A DNA stretch of 64,000 nucleotides from positions 10,833-74,832 of the forward strand of contig JBLIEI010000014.1 of NCBI GenBank assembly GCA_047633055.1, given 5' to 3'. The position numbers and the translations under genes were made by a program. Below are positions 55,905-64,000 of the stretch, piece after piece (positions within the stretch are counted from its first letter, which is position 1; the number at the start of each line of letters is the position of its first letter). The stretch comes from Halieaceae bacterium. GTDB lineage: Bacteria > Pseudomonadota > Gammaproteobacteria > Pseudomonadales > Halieaceae. The notes under the pieces were generated by a model. That model was not told the origin of the DNA. It saw nothing but the letters and a program-made list of their open reading frames with translations, and did no database searches.

Positions 55905-56528
55905 CTAATCGGTAAAAGGCCCTACATCTCCCTTGCCAGCACGCAGTATTAGCGGTGTATCATCGGCCAGATCGACCACGGTTGTGGCCTCCATACCGCA
56001 ATAGCCACCATCGATGACAAGGTCGACCTCGTGTTCCAACAATTCACGAATTTCATAGGGGTCGATAAGTGGATATTCTTCCCCCGGCATAATCAGGGTC
56101 ACACTCATCAGTGGCTCCCCCAAGTCTGCCAGTAATGCTGAAGCGATCGCGTTTTCGGGTACTCTTATGCCTACGGTCTTACGCTTCGGGTGTAACAACC
56201 GTCTAGGCACTTCAGAGGTCGCCTTGAGAATAAAAGTATAAGGCCCTGGCGTACAGGCCCGCAGCAAACGATAAACCTTGTTGTCCACTCGCGAATAGGT
56301 GGCAATTTCTGAAAGATCGCGGCACACCAGGGTGAAATTATGTCGATCATCCAGCTTGCGAATACGCCGAATTCTGTCCAAAGCCTGCTTGTCACCGATA
56401 TGACAGCCCAGCGCATAGGCAGAATCCGTGGGATATACCACCACTCCGCCCTGGCGAATAATATCCGCAGCCTGCCGCACCAGGCGGGTCTGGGGATTGT
56501 CCGGATGTATTTGAAAAAACTGGCTCAC
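55905..56528 (-). CDS. L-threonylcarbamoyladenylate synthase family protein (YciO/YrdC-like)
   Basis: YPTDSAYALGC lies in a YrdC domain. The 207-aa length and the yci-cluster context fit YciO. Confidence 0.85.
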   Translation of the reverse strand: MSQFFQIHPDNPQTRLVRQAADIIRQGGVVVYPTDSAYALGCHIGDKQALDRIRRIRKLDDRHNFTLVCRDLSEIATYSRVDNKVYRLLRACTPGPYTFILKATSEVPRRLLHPKRKTVGIRVPENAIASALLADLGEPLMSVTLIMPGEEYPLIDPYEIRELLEHEVDLVIDGGYCGMEATTVVDLADDTPLILRAGKGDVGPFTD

Positions 56529-57391
56529 AGGCTTGCCGGAGTTGAGTCTGACCGTTTACCGGGCCAACTCTGCCAAATGCCTGCCTGCCCGGCCAGAAGT
56601 CGTAGCTCAACGCCCAAATCCGGGCTGTATCGACCTTCGCGGTGAAAATCACTACCTGCGGAGACTAGCAGCTCATAATCGAGTGCCAGCTTACTCAACT
56701 GCGCCGTCTGATCAGACGTTTGGCGACCGCTGGTCACCTCAATCGCGCTGCCACCAGCCGCTTTGAAATCGACTACCATGCGGCGGAGCTTCATTCGGGT
56801 AAAACGATATTTCAGCGGATGAGCGATAACGGCCACGCCACCGGCCTGCACGATCCACTCTGTCACTTCGGCCAGCTCCGGCCAGAAAGCCTTTACATCG
56901 CCAGTTTTGCCTTGCCCCAGGTATTTATCAAAGGCCTCATTCGCATCACGGACATGACCCGACTCCACCATCCATGCGGCAAAATGAGGCCGCCCCAACT
57001 GACTACGGCCGGCGGCGGCCAGACCGCCAGCCAGAGCGCTGGTAAAGCCCAGCTTTTCCAAACGCTCAGCAATTTTTTCACCGCGACTTTTGCGTGCTGT
57101 CGCCAGCCGCGCTAAGCCCGCTCTCATTGCCGGGTGTTGCTCGTCCATGCCCAGCCCTAAGATGTGGATAGTCACACCCGACCAGCGGCAGGAAAATTCT
57201 ACCCCGGGAACCAGCACCATCTCGCCAACAACTGACGTATAATAGTGCTTGGCGTCCAGGTAGCCCGACATCGTGTCGTGGTCTGTGATGGCAAACTGAT
57301 CGACGCCGCGAGCCAGCGCCCGGTCAATCATCTCGCGAGGAGTGAGCGCACCATCGGAAGCGGTGGTATGTGTATGAAAATCAATTAGCAC
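56525..57391 (-). CDS. PHP-domain phosphoesterase (TrpH/YciV-like)
   Basis: It carries IDFHTHTTASDG and AITDHDT. Confidence 0.85.
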   Translation of the reverse strand: MLIDFHTHTTASDGALTPREMIDRALARGVDQFAITDHDTMSGYLDAKHYYTSVVGEMVLVPGVEFSCRWSGVTIHILGLGMDEQHPAMRAGLARLATARKSRGEKIAERLEKLGFTSALAGGLAAAGRSQLGRPHFAAWMVESGHVRDANEAFDKYLGQGKTGDVKAFWPELAEVTEWIVQAGGVAVIAHPLKYRFTRMKLRRMVVDFKAAGGSAIEVTSGRQTSDQTAQLSKLALDYELLVSAGSDFHREGRYSPDLGVELRLLAGQAGIWQSWPGKRSDSTPASL

Positions 57392-57520
57392 AGTAGCGAC
57401 AATTTCGTTAGTTAAGTAAAAAGGTATTCCCGGCTTGCGGTACCATCGGGGACGGCCCAGCGTGAGACAACAGGCGCTGGCATAACCCTTATAGTACCAT
57501 GCCCAACCCGAGCAAATTTA

Positions 57521-58123
57521 ATGAAGCAGTTAATAGAATTTATCCCCATCGTCCTGTTTTTTGTTGTCTATCAAATGAAGGGCGACTCGATCACTATCGG
57601 ACAGTGGCAGCATACCTTCGATGGCATTTTCACCGCCACGGCCGTTTTGATGGCCGCTACAGTCATTCAAGTGATTTTGAGCTACCTAATTTCACGACGG
57701 CTTGAAAAGCGCCTGCTATGGATGCTGCTGGCGGTTATGGTATTTGGCGGTGCAACCCTGGTGTTTCGCAACCAGCTATTCATCCAGTGGAAGCCGACTA
57801 TCTTTAACTGGGCGCTGGCAGTTGCATTTCTTGCCTCTCAATTCATCGGCGAAAAAAACCTGATGGAGCGTACCCTGGGCACGCAAATTCAATTGCCAAA
57901 ACCCGTGTGGCGCAAGCTGAGTCTGTTATGGATCACCAACTTTACGATTGTCGGCGCGCTTAATCTGGTGGTCGCTTACGGCTATAGCGAGGACACCTGG
58001 GTCAGTTACAAGCTGTATTCAGCGATCGGCTTTACACTACTGCTCACCGCTCTTACCGCCCTGCTTATCAGCCCTCACTTGAAGGATGACGCGCCCGCCA
58101 AAGACCCACTGACCGAAGAGTAA
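57521..58123 (+). CDS. yciB: septation protein A (YciB/IspZ)
   Basis: [17 protein letters not shown] starts a 5-TM protein of ~200 aa. Confidence 0.88.
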   Translation: MKQLIEFIPIVLFFVVYQMKGDSITIGQWQHTFDGIFTATAVLMAATVIQVILSYLISRRLEKRLLWMLLAVMVFGGATLVFRNQLFIQWKPTIFNWALAVAFLASQFIGEKNLMERTLGTQIQLPKPVWRKLSLLWITNFTIVGALNLVVAYGYSEDTWVSYKLYSAIGFTLLLTALTALLISPHLKDDAPAKDPLTEE

Positions 58124-58133
58124 GGAGCAGCCC

Positions 58134-58433
58134 ATGTACTATGCCATTTTCTGCGAAGATGTCGCCGATAGCCTGCCAATGAGACAACAGGCCAGACCGG
58201 CACACCTGGAGCGTATGCAGACACTTATTGATCAGGGTAAATTACTGGCAGCCGGTCCCCACCCCGCCCTGGATACTGAAGATCCGGGTGAGGCAGGGTT
58301 CACTGGCAGCCTGATTATCGCCGAGTTCAGTAGCCTGGAGGCAGCCACCGCCTGGGCAGACTCGGACCCCTATGTTGAGGCCGGCGTTTTCAGTAAAGTC
58401 ACCGTTAAACCTTACAAGGTGGTACTCCCCTGA
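58134..58433 (+). CDS. YciI family protein
   Basis: A 99-aa ORF with RPAHLER and the characteristic DPY..AG.F ending. Confidence 0.85.
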   Translation: MYYAIFCEDVADSLPMRQQARPAHLERMQTLIDQGKLLAAGPHPALDTEDPGEAGFTGSLIIAEFSSLEAATAWADSDPYVEAGVFSKVTVKPYKVVLP

Positions 58434-58500
58434 AATCACGCTTCCGTGCTATGCTCTTTCGCCTTTTTTAACGCTCATCCAACCCGCTAAGGAACAGACT

Positions 58501-59175
58501 TTGTTACGCTCGATATGTCTTTTTGTCTTGTTAAATACCTCGGTGGCAAGCTCGCTTGCCCAGGATGTGCGCTATATCAGCGATAAGCAGTACATACCAC
58601 TGCGCAGCGGCGCCGGTGGCGAGTATCGCATCACCCATCGCGGCATCCCTTCCGGCACCCGCCTGACCATTGCCCGGCAGTCCTCCGACGGCACCTGGGC
58701 AGAGATCACTACGGAAAACGGGACCGCTGGCTGGATTCGCACCCAGTACCTGATGGATGAAACGCCCTCGAAATCGTTGTTAACCGCCTCCCAAGAGAAA
58801 GTCCAGACACTGGCACACAGCAATGCTGAGCTCAGCCAAGAGCTTGCCCAGTTAAAGGGTGAACGTTCGGAGTTGACGCAGCAGGTGACTGAAACCGATT
58901 CGGGCCTGCGTTCAGTATCGGAAGAGCTTGCGCAGTTAAAACAGATTTCCGGGAAGGCCGTGCAACTGGACAGCGACAATCAGCGTCTGGTTGAAGAGTC
59001 AGAAAATCTGCGTTCAGAAGTGGACATGCTGGAGTTCGAAAATCAGCGGTTAGTAGACAAGCTGGATAGCGGCGCTTTTTTGGACGGCGCCCTGGCAGTG
59101 TTTCTGGGCGTGATAATTACTTTGGTGGTGCCGCGCCTATGGCCCAAGCGCCGCAAGAGTTCCAGCTGGGCATAA
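58501..59175 (+). CDS. SH3-domain protein with coiled coil and C-terminal TM helix (TIGR04211-like)
   Basis: The probable TTG start at 58501 follows AAGGAA. A signal peptide, an SH3-like segment (YISDKQYIPLRSG..GWIRTQYL), a coiled coil and a TM segment follow. The ORF-track start at 58372 overlaps yciI. Confidence 0.7.
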   Translation: MLRSICLFVLLNTSVASSLAQDVRYISDKQYIPLRSGAGGEYRITHRGIPSGTRLTIARQSSDGTWAEITTENGTAGWIRTQYLMDETPSKSLLTASQEKVQTLAHSNAELSQELAQLKGERSELTQQVTETDSGLRSVSEELAQLKQISGKAVQLDSDNQRLVEESENLRSEVDMLEFENQRLVDKLDSGAFLDGALAVFLGVIITLVVPRLWPKRRKSSSWA

Positions 59176-59206
59176 TTGCCACTACCTTTACCACGGAGAT
59201 TCACCC

Positions 59207-59776
59207 ATGTTTAAACAACTGCTTCTGTCACTGACCATTTTGCTGTTGCCGCTGGCCCATGCTGAAACACCGCTACCCAGCCCCGAGGTTGTGATCAAAA
59301 CTAATCAGGGTGATTTCACCGTGCGGCTTTACGCCGACAAATCCCCCATCACTGTCGCCAACTTTCTCAGTTATGTCGATAGTGGTCATTACAGCGGCAC
59401 CATTTTCCACCGGGTAATGCCGAACTTTATGATTCAGGGCGGCGGGATGCTGCCGGATATGACCGAGAAGGCGGTAGGCGAGCCTATTGTTAACGAAGCC
59501 AAGAACCGAATCCACAATACGCGCGGCACCATTGCCATGGCCCGCACCGACGACCCCGACTCCGCCACCGCACAGTTTTTCATCAACCAGCGCACCAATC
59601 TGAAATTAGACTGGACACCATCCAAAGCCGGCTACACAGTCTTTGGGGAGGTGATAGACGGCATGAACACAGTCGATTACATCGCCACCAGCCCGACCGA
59701 CACTGTCGGCTCCCACGGCGACGTACCCCTTGAATCCGTCATCATTTTGGAGATAACTCGCAAGTCTTATCTATGA
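59207..59776 (+). CDS. ppiA: periplasmic peptidyl-prolyl cis-trans isomerase (cyclophilin type)
   Basis: A signal peptide plus FHRVMPNFMIQGGG and GTIAMAR motifs. Confidence 0.9.
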   Translation: MFKQLLLSLTILLLPLAHAETPLPSPEVVIKTNQGDFTVRLYADKSPITVANFLSYVDSGHYSGTIFHRVMPNFMIQGGGMLPDMTEKAVGEPIVNEAKNRIHNTRGTIAMARTDDPDSATAQFFINQRTNLKLDWTPSKAGYTVFGEVIDGMNTVDYIATSPTDTVGSHGDVPLESVIILEITRKSYL

Positions 59777-60567
59777 TTACTCTAAGCGTCAATCTCAATA
59801 AAATCGCGCTAATACGAAACTCGCGGGACACTACTAATCCAGATGTTCCACAGCACGCTCGCATGTGTATTGATGCCGGGGCCCAAGGTATTACTGTGCA
59901 CCCGCGGCCCGACCAGCGTCATATCAGGGCACAAGACTGCTTCGACCTGGCAGCCACACTTAACACAATGAGTGATATCGAGTTAAATATCGAAGGGAAT
60001 CCAGTGACCACCGCGCGGGCCAGCGACCGCCATGGTATTGGCGACTATCCAGGCTTTATGGCACTGGTCAAAGAGATTCGTCCGGCGCAATGTACCCTGG
60101 TGCCAGACGGCGATGGACAACTCACCTCAGACCACGGCTTTGACCTTAAGCGGGACGGCGATCAGGTCGCACTTTTTGTTGCAGAGCTGAAAGCTCTGGG
60201 TATCCGCACCAGCCTCTTTATGGATCCGGACCCTGAGCAGATACGACTGGCCGCACAAACCGGTGCAGACCGTATAGAGTTATACACTGAGTCTTATGCC
60301 AAGGCCTTTGCCGCGAATAAGGGCCTGGAACGGGTATTTGCCGATTTCATTACTGCTGCAGAAGTCGCTGCCGATGAAGGGCTGGGACTGAACGCAGGCC
60401 ACGACCTGGATTTACATAACCTGACCCGGTTCGCCACCGTACCCGGCCTGCTGGAGGTCTCTATAGGTCACCATCTGACTGTAGATGCAATCCGCATGGG
60501 TCTGGCGTCAGCGGTCGCGGCTTATAAAGAGGCGTTGGCCAACGGTTCATCATTGCCCGCGCATTAA
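59773..60567 (+). CDS. pdxJ: pyridoxine 5'-phosphate synthase
   Basis: LSVNLNKIALIRNSR and GITVHPRPDQRHI are present. Confidence 0.93.
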   Translation: MITLSVNLNKIALIRNSRDTTNPDVPQHARMCIDAGAQGITVHPRPDQRHIRAQDCFDLAATLNTMSDIELNIEGNPVTTARASDRHGIGDYPGFMALVKEIRPAQCTLVPDGDGQLTSDHGFDLKRDGDQVALFVAELKALGIRTSLFMDPDPEQIRLAAQTGADRIELYTESYAKAFAANKGLERVFADFITAAEVAADEGLGLNAGHDLDLHNLTRFATVPGLLEVSIGHHLTVDAIRMGLASAVAAYKEALANGSSLPAH

Positions 60568-60622
60568 ATAGCTAGATCGCGAAATTCTGCGGGTTCATCA
60601 AGGCCCGCAATAGTAGGCCAAC

Positions 60623-61282
60623 ATGTCAGATCAGCCTTACCTAGTACCTCATAGCCAGGAAGAGATTCGTATTTTGTATCAGGATGCGGACCTTTTGTTG
60701 GTGCGCAAACCGGACTTGCTATTGAGCGTTCCCGGCAGACACCCACTGAACAAAGACTGCCTGATCACACGACTGCAGGAAAACTTCCCCAGCGCGACCA
60801 TTGCGCATCGGCTGGACCTGGACACTTCTGGCATTATGGTTATCCCGCTCAACAAACCTACCCATGCCCATATCAGCCGACAGTTTCAGGAGCGCAAGGT
60901 CGCCAAGACCTACACCGCAGTGGTGTTCGGGCAGGTTAATGAGAATGTTGGCGAGGTGAATTTACCCATTGCCCGCGACTGGGAGAACAGACCGCGTCAG
61001 ATAATTTGCCCGGAACGCGGCAAGAATGCCCTCACCCACTACGAAGTGGTCTCCCGGGAATCCGATCGCACCCGCATATTGCTAAAACCAGTCACCGGCA
61101 GGACGCACCAATTACGGATTCATATGCGTGAACTCGGGCACCCAATTTTAGGCTGTGATATGTACGCCCATGAAGCCGCGCTGGCCATGGCCCCCCGATT
61201 AATGCTGCACGCAACCATCCTCGGCTTTGAACACCCAAGCACAGGGCAATGGCTTAGTGAAAAATGCTCGCCAGATTTTTAA
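60623..61282 (+). CDS. rluA: RluA-family RNA pseudouridine synthase
   Basis: It carries the catalytic motif HRLDLDTSGIMV and HQLRIHM. Confidence 0.88.
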   Translation: MSDQPYLVPHSQEEIRILYQDADLLLVRKPDLLLSVPGRHPLNKDCLITRLQENFPSATIAHRLDLDTSGIMVIPLNKPTHAHISRQFQERKVAKTYTAVVFGQVNENVGEVNLPIARDWENRPRQIICPERGKNALTHYEVVSRESDRTRILLKPVTGRTHQLRIHMRELGHPILGCDMYAHEAALAMAPRLMLHATILGFEHPSTGQWLSEKCSPDF

Positions 61283-62079
61283 TCTTGTTGCAGATAGCTG
61301 CACCAATCACTCCAACTTCCAGCGTATAGCACTGCATCGTCCCGTCCCAGCAGCGACAGGGAAAACAGGTTAACGCAGGCAGTCACGCCAGAACCGCAAT
61401 AAACCACCAGCTGCTTTGAATCGAGAGCATCGCCCCAGTGGTCTCGCTGCTCTGTCTCAGCCCGCACTAAACCATGGGCGTCGGTAACCCCCTGCCAGGG
61501 CCGGTTGATGGCTCCGGGAATATGCCCGGCAACCGGATCAATGGGCTCTTCCAGGCCCTGATAGCGCGCGGCCTCCCGAGAATCAATCAGCAGCGCACCT
61601 GCGGCCAGAGCAGCGCGCAGGCCATTGATATCGACACGCTGCTCATAAGCATGAACGGTTGGTGGCAGGCAGGGCCGAGGCTCAGGTTCTGCAGTTTCAG
61701 GTACGCCGCCGCCATTCAGCCAACCGGTGTACCCGCCATTAACCAGGAGTGGAGGTGTATATCCCAAGCTGCGCATCATCCACCAGAGCCGCGACGCAAA
61801 CGCGCAGCGAGAGTCATCGTAGGCGATAGTCTGCGTCTGCTGGTCGACGCCAAACCTCGCCAGCGTGCCGGCAAACACCTGCGGCGCGGGTAAGGGGTGC
61901 CTACCACCGTGTTCTGCCACAGGTGCCGAGAGATCTCCATTTAAATCTATATAGCAGGCCCCCGGGATATGGCCCGCTGAGTAGTCGTTACTACCCGCTT
62001 TCGCATCGCCCAATGCAAAGCGGCAGTCGAAAATGACAGCATCTGTATATTCCTCGATGAGTTCCGGTTCAATCAACAT
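61279..62079 (-). CDS. tandem-rhodanese sulfurtransferase
   Basis: Two rhodanese domains and the active-site loop YCGSGVTA. Confidence 0.85.
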   Translation of the reverse strand: MLIEPELIEEYTDAVIFDCRFALGDAKAGSNDYSAGHIPGACYIDLNGDLSAPVAEHGGRHPLPAPQVFAGTLARFGVDQQTQTIAYDDSRCAFASRLWWMMRSLGYTPPLLVNGGYTGWLNGGGVPETAEPEPRPCLPPTVHAYEQRVDINGLRAALAAGALLIDSREAARYQGLEEPIDPVAGHIPGAINRPWQGVTDAHGLVRAETEQRDHWGDALDSKQLVVYCGSGVTACVNLFSLSLLGRDDAVLYAGSWSDWCSYLQQD

Positions 62080-62281
62080 CGTCGTTGTTCCTCAGTCCTG
62101 ACGGTTCGGGTAAAATCCAGACAAGCATAGCAGCCTGACGTCAGTCTTTAGACACAACTGGAAAGGAGCTAACAGATAACCTATTGAGCTCTCAGCGACT
62201 ATAGCACTCGCAACCCTAAAGCCCTGTTGGCTACGCATCGCAATCACTATACACCGCGTCCGGTCAATTATTTATCAACCG

Positions 62282-62905
62282 ATGGAATGGTGCAGCGCTT
62301 TGAAAAACTTAATAACGGGTTTATTGTTGGGGATAGGATCCGCGTCGGGCGCATTAGCGCGATCTGCCGGATTTTCTACGTTCCAGATAAGTTGGTCTGG
62401 CACAGCGGCGCCCCCTGTAACTACCATGAGTACCTATGCGCTGATTTGCTTAGCGGTTCTAGTCGCTATTGCTGCTTACCGACTTTTACGCGACAGGAGT
62501 TTCATTGTCCGAGCCCTGGCACCGCTTGTAACCTTCGGTGTCGCCGGTTTCTTTTTGGTATCCGCCGAGCAGCCTATAGCTGGTGTAGACAATATCCTGA
62601 CGCCGCCTATTGACGTAGCCAGTTGCAGCGGTTCCGCAACTTACACGGCCGATCGCCTCACCCCCCCACCTTGCTTTGTGAACACTTGCGGCTCACCCGT
62701 CACCGTATCTTACACATTTATTGATGGACAGGACTCTCAAGGAACGCCAATTACAGACGGCACCTGCACGCGAGATGTCTATTGTGCCACTGAACCGCCA
62801 TTTGCAGCTGGTGGCGCGCAAATCCCCAGCGATGGTATATCCTACGCGACGGCTTATTGCGAAGAGCTGTTTAATGAGGGGGGGGGAAACTACGGAAGAG
62901 ACTAG
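62282..62905 (+). CDS. secreted/membrane protein with an internal IPTL-CTERM-like sorting signal (copy 2 of the architecture at 24998-25777)
   Basis: The order is signal peptide (LITGLLLGIGSASGALA), ~20 aa, VTTMSTYALICLAVLVAIAAYRLLRDR (62417-62497), a second hydrophobic segment and a Cys-rich C-terminal domain. Confidence 0.6.
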   Translation: MEWCSALKNLITGLLLGIGSASGALARSAGFSTFQISWSGTAAPPVTTMSTYALICLAVLVAIAAYRLLRDRSFIVRALAPLVTFGVAGFFLVSAEQPIAGVDNILTPPIDVASCSGSATYTADRLTPPPCFVNTCGSPVTVSYTFIDGQDSQGTPITDGTCTRDVYCATEPPFAAGGAQIPSDGISYATAYCEELFNEGGGNYGRD

Positions 62906-63014
62906 CTTGTTTTTCGCCACGGTAACATGGGCCCGCGCTTGCATAGATTGACTCGTCAACGTGCAAGCAATTTAGGCTGTCAGGTGTATCATTCCGCCAC
63001 GCCCTCACTCGACT

Positions 63015-63827
63015 ATGATTGAAGCCGCGCCAAATTTTCATTTAGACCTGATAGCAATAACACTGCTCGCACTCGTTGTCGGCATGCTGTTAGAAATGGT
63101 GAGGCCTGCGCGTGACATACCGATGTCTCTTACTCGCTGGCTCAATAACGGCAGTTTGGCCTTAATCGCCTACGCGATTAATTATGTATTCGCGACATTG
63201 ATCGGACTTTACATCCTCTACAGATTTGAGTCGCCTGACCTACTGGGTCTGAGTAGCGCGCCGTTATGGCTGAATCTATTGGTCACCTTTTTAGTCCTGG
63301 AGGGGGCCCGATACTCGATTCATGTGGCCGCGCACAAGGTCGACTGGCTGTGGCGATTTCACTCAGTACATCACTCGGACGCCGAAGTGGATCTATCAAC
63401 GTCCTTCAGGCATCACCCCGTTGAAGGGATGCTCAATGCCATTCCTATGACTGCACTGATCTGGTTAATTGCCAGTGGGCCCCAGGCCCTGATTCTCTGT
63501 CGTGCATGGGATTTAGTATCGACTGTGTTAACTCATACCAACGTAGATATTCCGCATAAGATTGAGCGATGGCTGCGCTTTGCAATGGTGACACCTGCTT
63601 TTCACCGAACACATCACTTCGCCGAAAAGCGCTTTACAGACTCGAATTACAGCGCTACGCTCCCCTGGTTCGATTATCTTTTTTCTACTTACCAACCAAC
63701 CACCGTGGAACAACAAACGTCTGCAAAAATTGGCCTGGACACACATACCGTCAATGAGCTGCGCTTGGACGGTATGATTTTAGCGCCCTTCCTGGATAAT
63801 ATAAAAAAACCCGATCTGAAAAAATGA
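63015..63827 (+). CDS. fatty acid hydroxylase / sterol desaturase family membrane protein (copy 2)
   Basis: It has histidine boxes HVAAH, HSVHH, FRHH and HRTHH, and is a paralogue of 24105-24989. Confidence 0.8.
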   Translation: MIEAAPNFHLDLIAITLLALVVGMLLEMVRPARDIPMSLTRWLNNGSLALIAYAINYVFATLIGLYILYRFESPDLLGLSSAPLWLNLLVTFLVLEGARYSIHVAAHKVDWLWRFHSVHHSDAEVDLSTSFRHHPVEGMLNAIPMTALIWLIASGPQALILCRAWDLVSTVLTHTNVDIPHKIERWLRFAMVTPAFHRTHHFAEKRFTDSNYSATLPWFDYLFSTYQPTTVEQQTSAKIGLDTHTVNELRLDGMILAPFLDNIKKPDLKK

Positions 63828-63842
63828 CAGGACTCTGCTAAA

Positions 63843-64000
63843 TTATTCACCGTCGCCCAAGGCGACATTGCTCAATAGTGAAAAACGGCACGGTATTGAC
63901 GAGCAGGTATCACCAAAAATACCCGTATCCTCTCCATTCAGGCACTCACGGTTTTTGCTTTCCAGTACTCCTCGATGCGAGCCCTGACCGTGCTTCTCTG
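63843..64000 (-). CDS. C-terminal fragment of an unidentified ORF running off the window
   Basis: The reverse-strand frame is open from the window edge to a TAA at 63845-63843 (..ECLNGEDTGIFGDTCSSIPCRFSLLSNVALGDGE*). No motif was recognised. Confidence 0.25.
   Translation of the reverse strand, partial: EKHGQGSHRGVLESKNRECLNGEDTGIFGDTCSSIPCRFSLLSNVALGDGE

Noticed and set aside
1-64000. Scan for CRISPR arrays, rRNA genes, IS elements/transposases and toxin-antitoxin pairs.
   Set aside because: No regularly spaced repeat/spacer array, no rRNA-like sequence and no transposase-like ORF or terminal inverted repeat were seen. The only tandem repeats are the iterons, the 12-mers at the island ends and the 9-mers at 6965-6983.

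Overview
This is a 64-kb chromosomal window from a gammaproteobacterium. The gene order gyrA-serC-pheA-tyrA-aroA-cmk-rpsA-ihfB and thrS-infC-rpmI-rplT-pheS, plus a proteobacterial dedicated sortase locus, suggest a marine Pseudomonas/Cellvibrio-like lineage. That taxonomic guess is inference only. Most of the window is ordinary housekeeping DNA covering translation, aromatic amino-acid synthesis, gyrA, uvrB, the yci cluster, scpAB, pdxJ and LPS assembly.

Three regions stand out:

1. **tRNA-Asn island (12121-23033).** This ~10.9-kb island sits in the 3' end of tRNA-Asn(GUU) and is bounded by a perfect 46-bp direct repeat.
   - It carries a tyrosine integrase, excisionase-like HTH genes, a Rep-like gene with internal iterons, an AP2-like DNA binder, a fused ClpP-type prohead protease/major capsid protein and a lambda Nu1-like small terminase.
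   - The small terminase is preceded by a lambda cosN-like sequence.
   - There is no portal, large terminase, tail or lysis gene, so the island looks like a minimal capsid-encoding phage satellite.
   - Its att-proximal end carries a low-GC OLD-family ATPase-TOPRIM gene next to a small 3-TM protein gene. This is the best candidate in the window for a satellite-borne anti-phage system.
2. **A two-gene module present twice (24105-25861 and 62282-63827).** A secreted protein with an internal IPTL-CTERM-like exosortase-type sorting signal is followed by a fatty-acid hydroxylase/sterol desaturase family membrane enzyme. One copy ends in a peptidase S74 intramolecular-chaperone domain.
3. **A dedicated sortase system (3620-9832).** It consists of a VIT-vWA target, a sortase, a translationally coupled unknown ORF and a divergent OmpR-type response regulator and histidine kinase.

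All product calls rest on motif and sequence recognition by eye and on arithmetic from the supplied ORF track. No database search, HMM or folding program was run. No rRNA, CRISPR array, IS element or transposase was seen.
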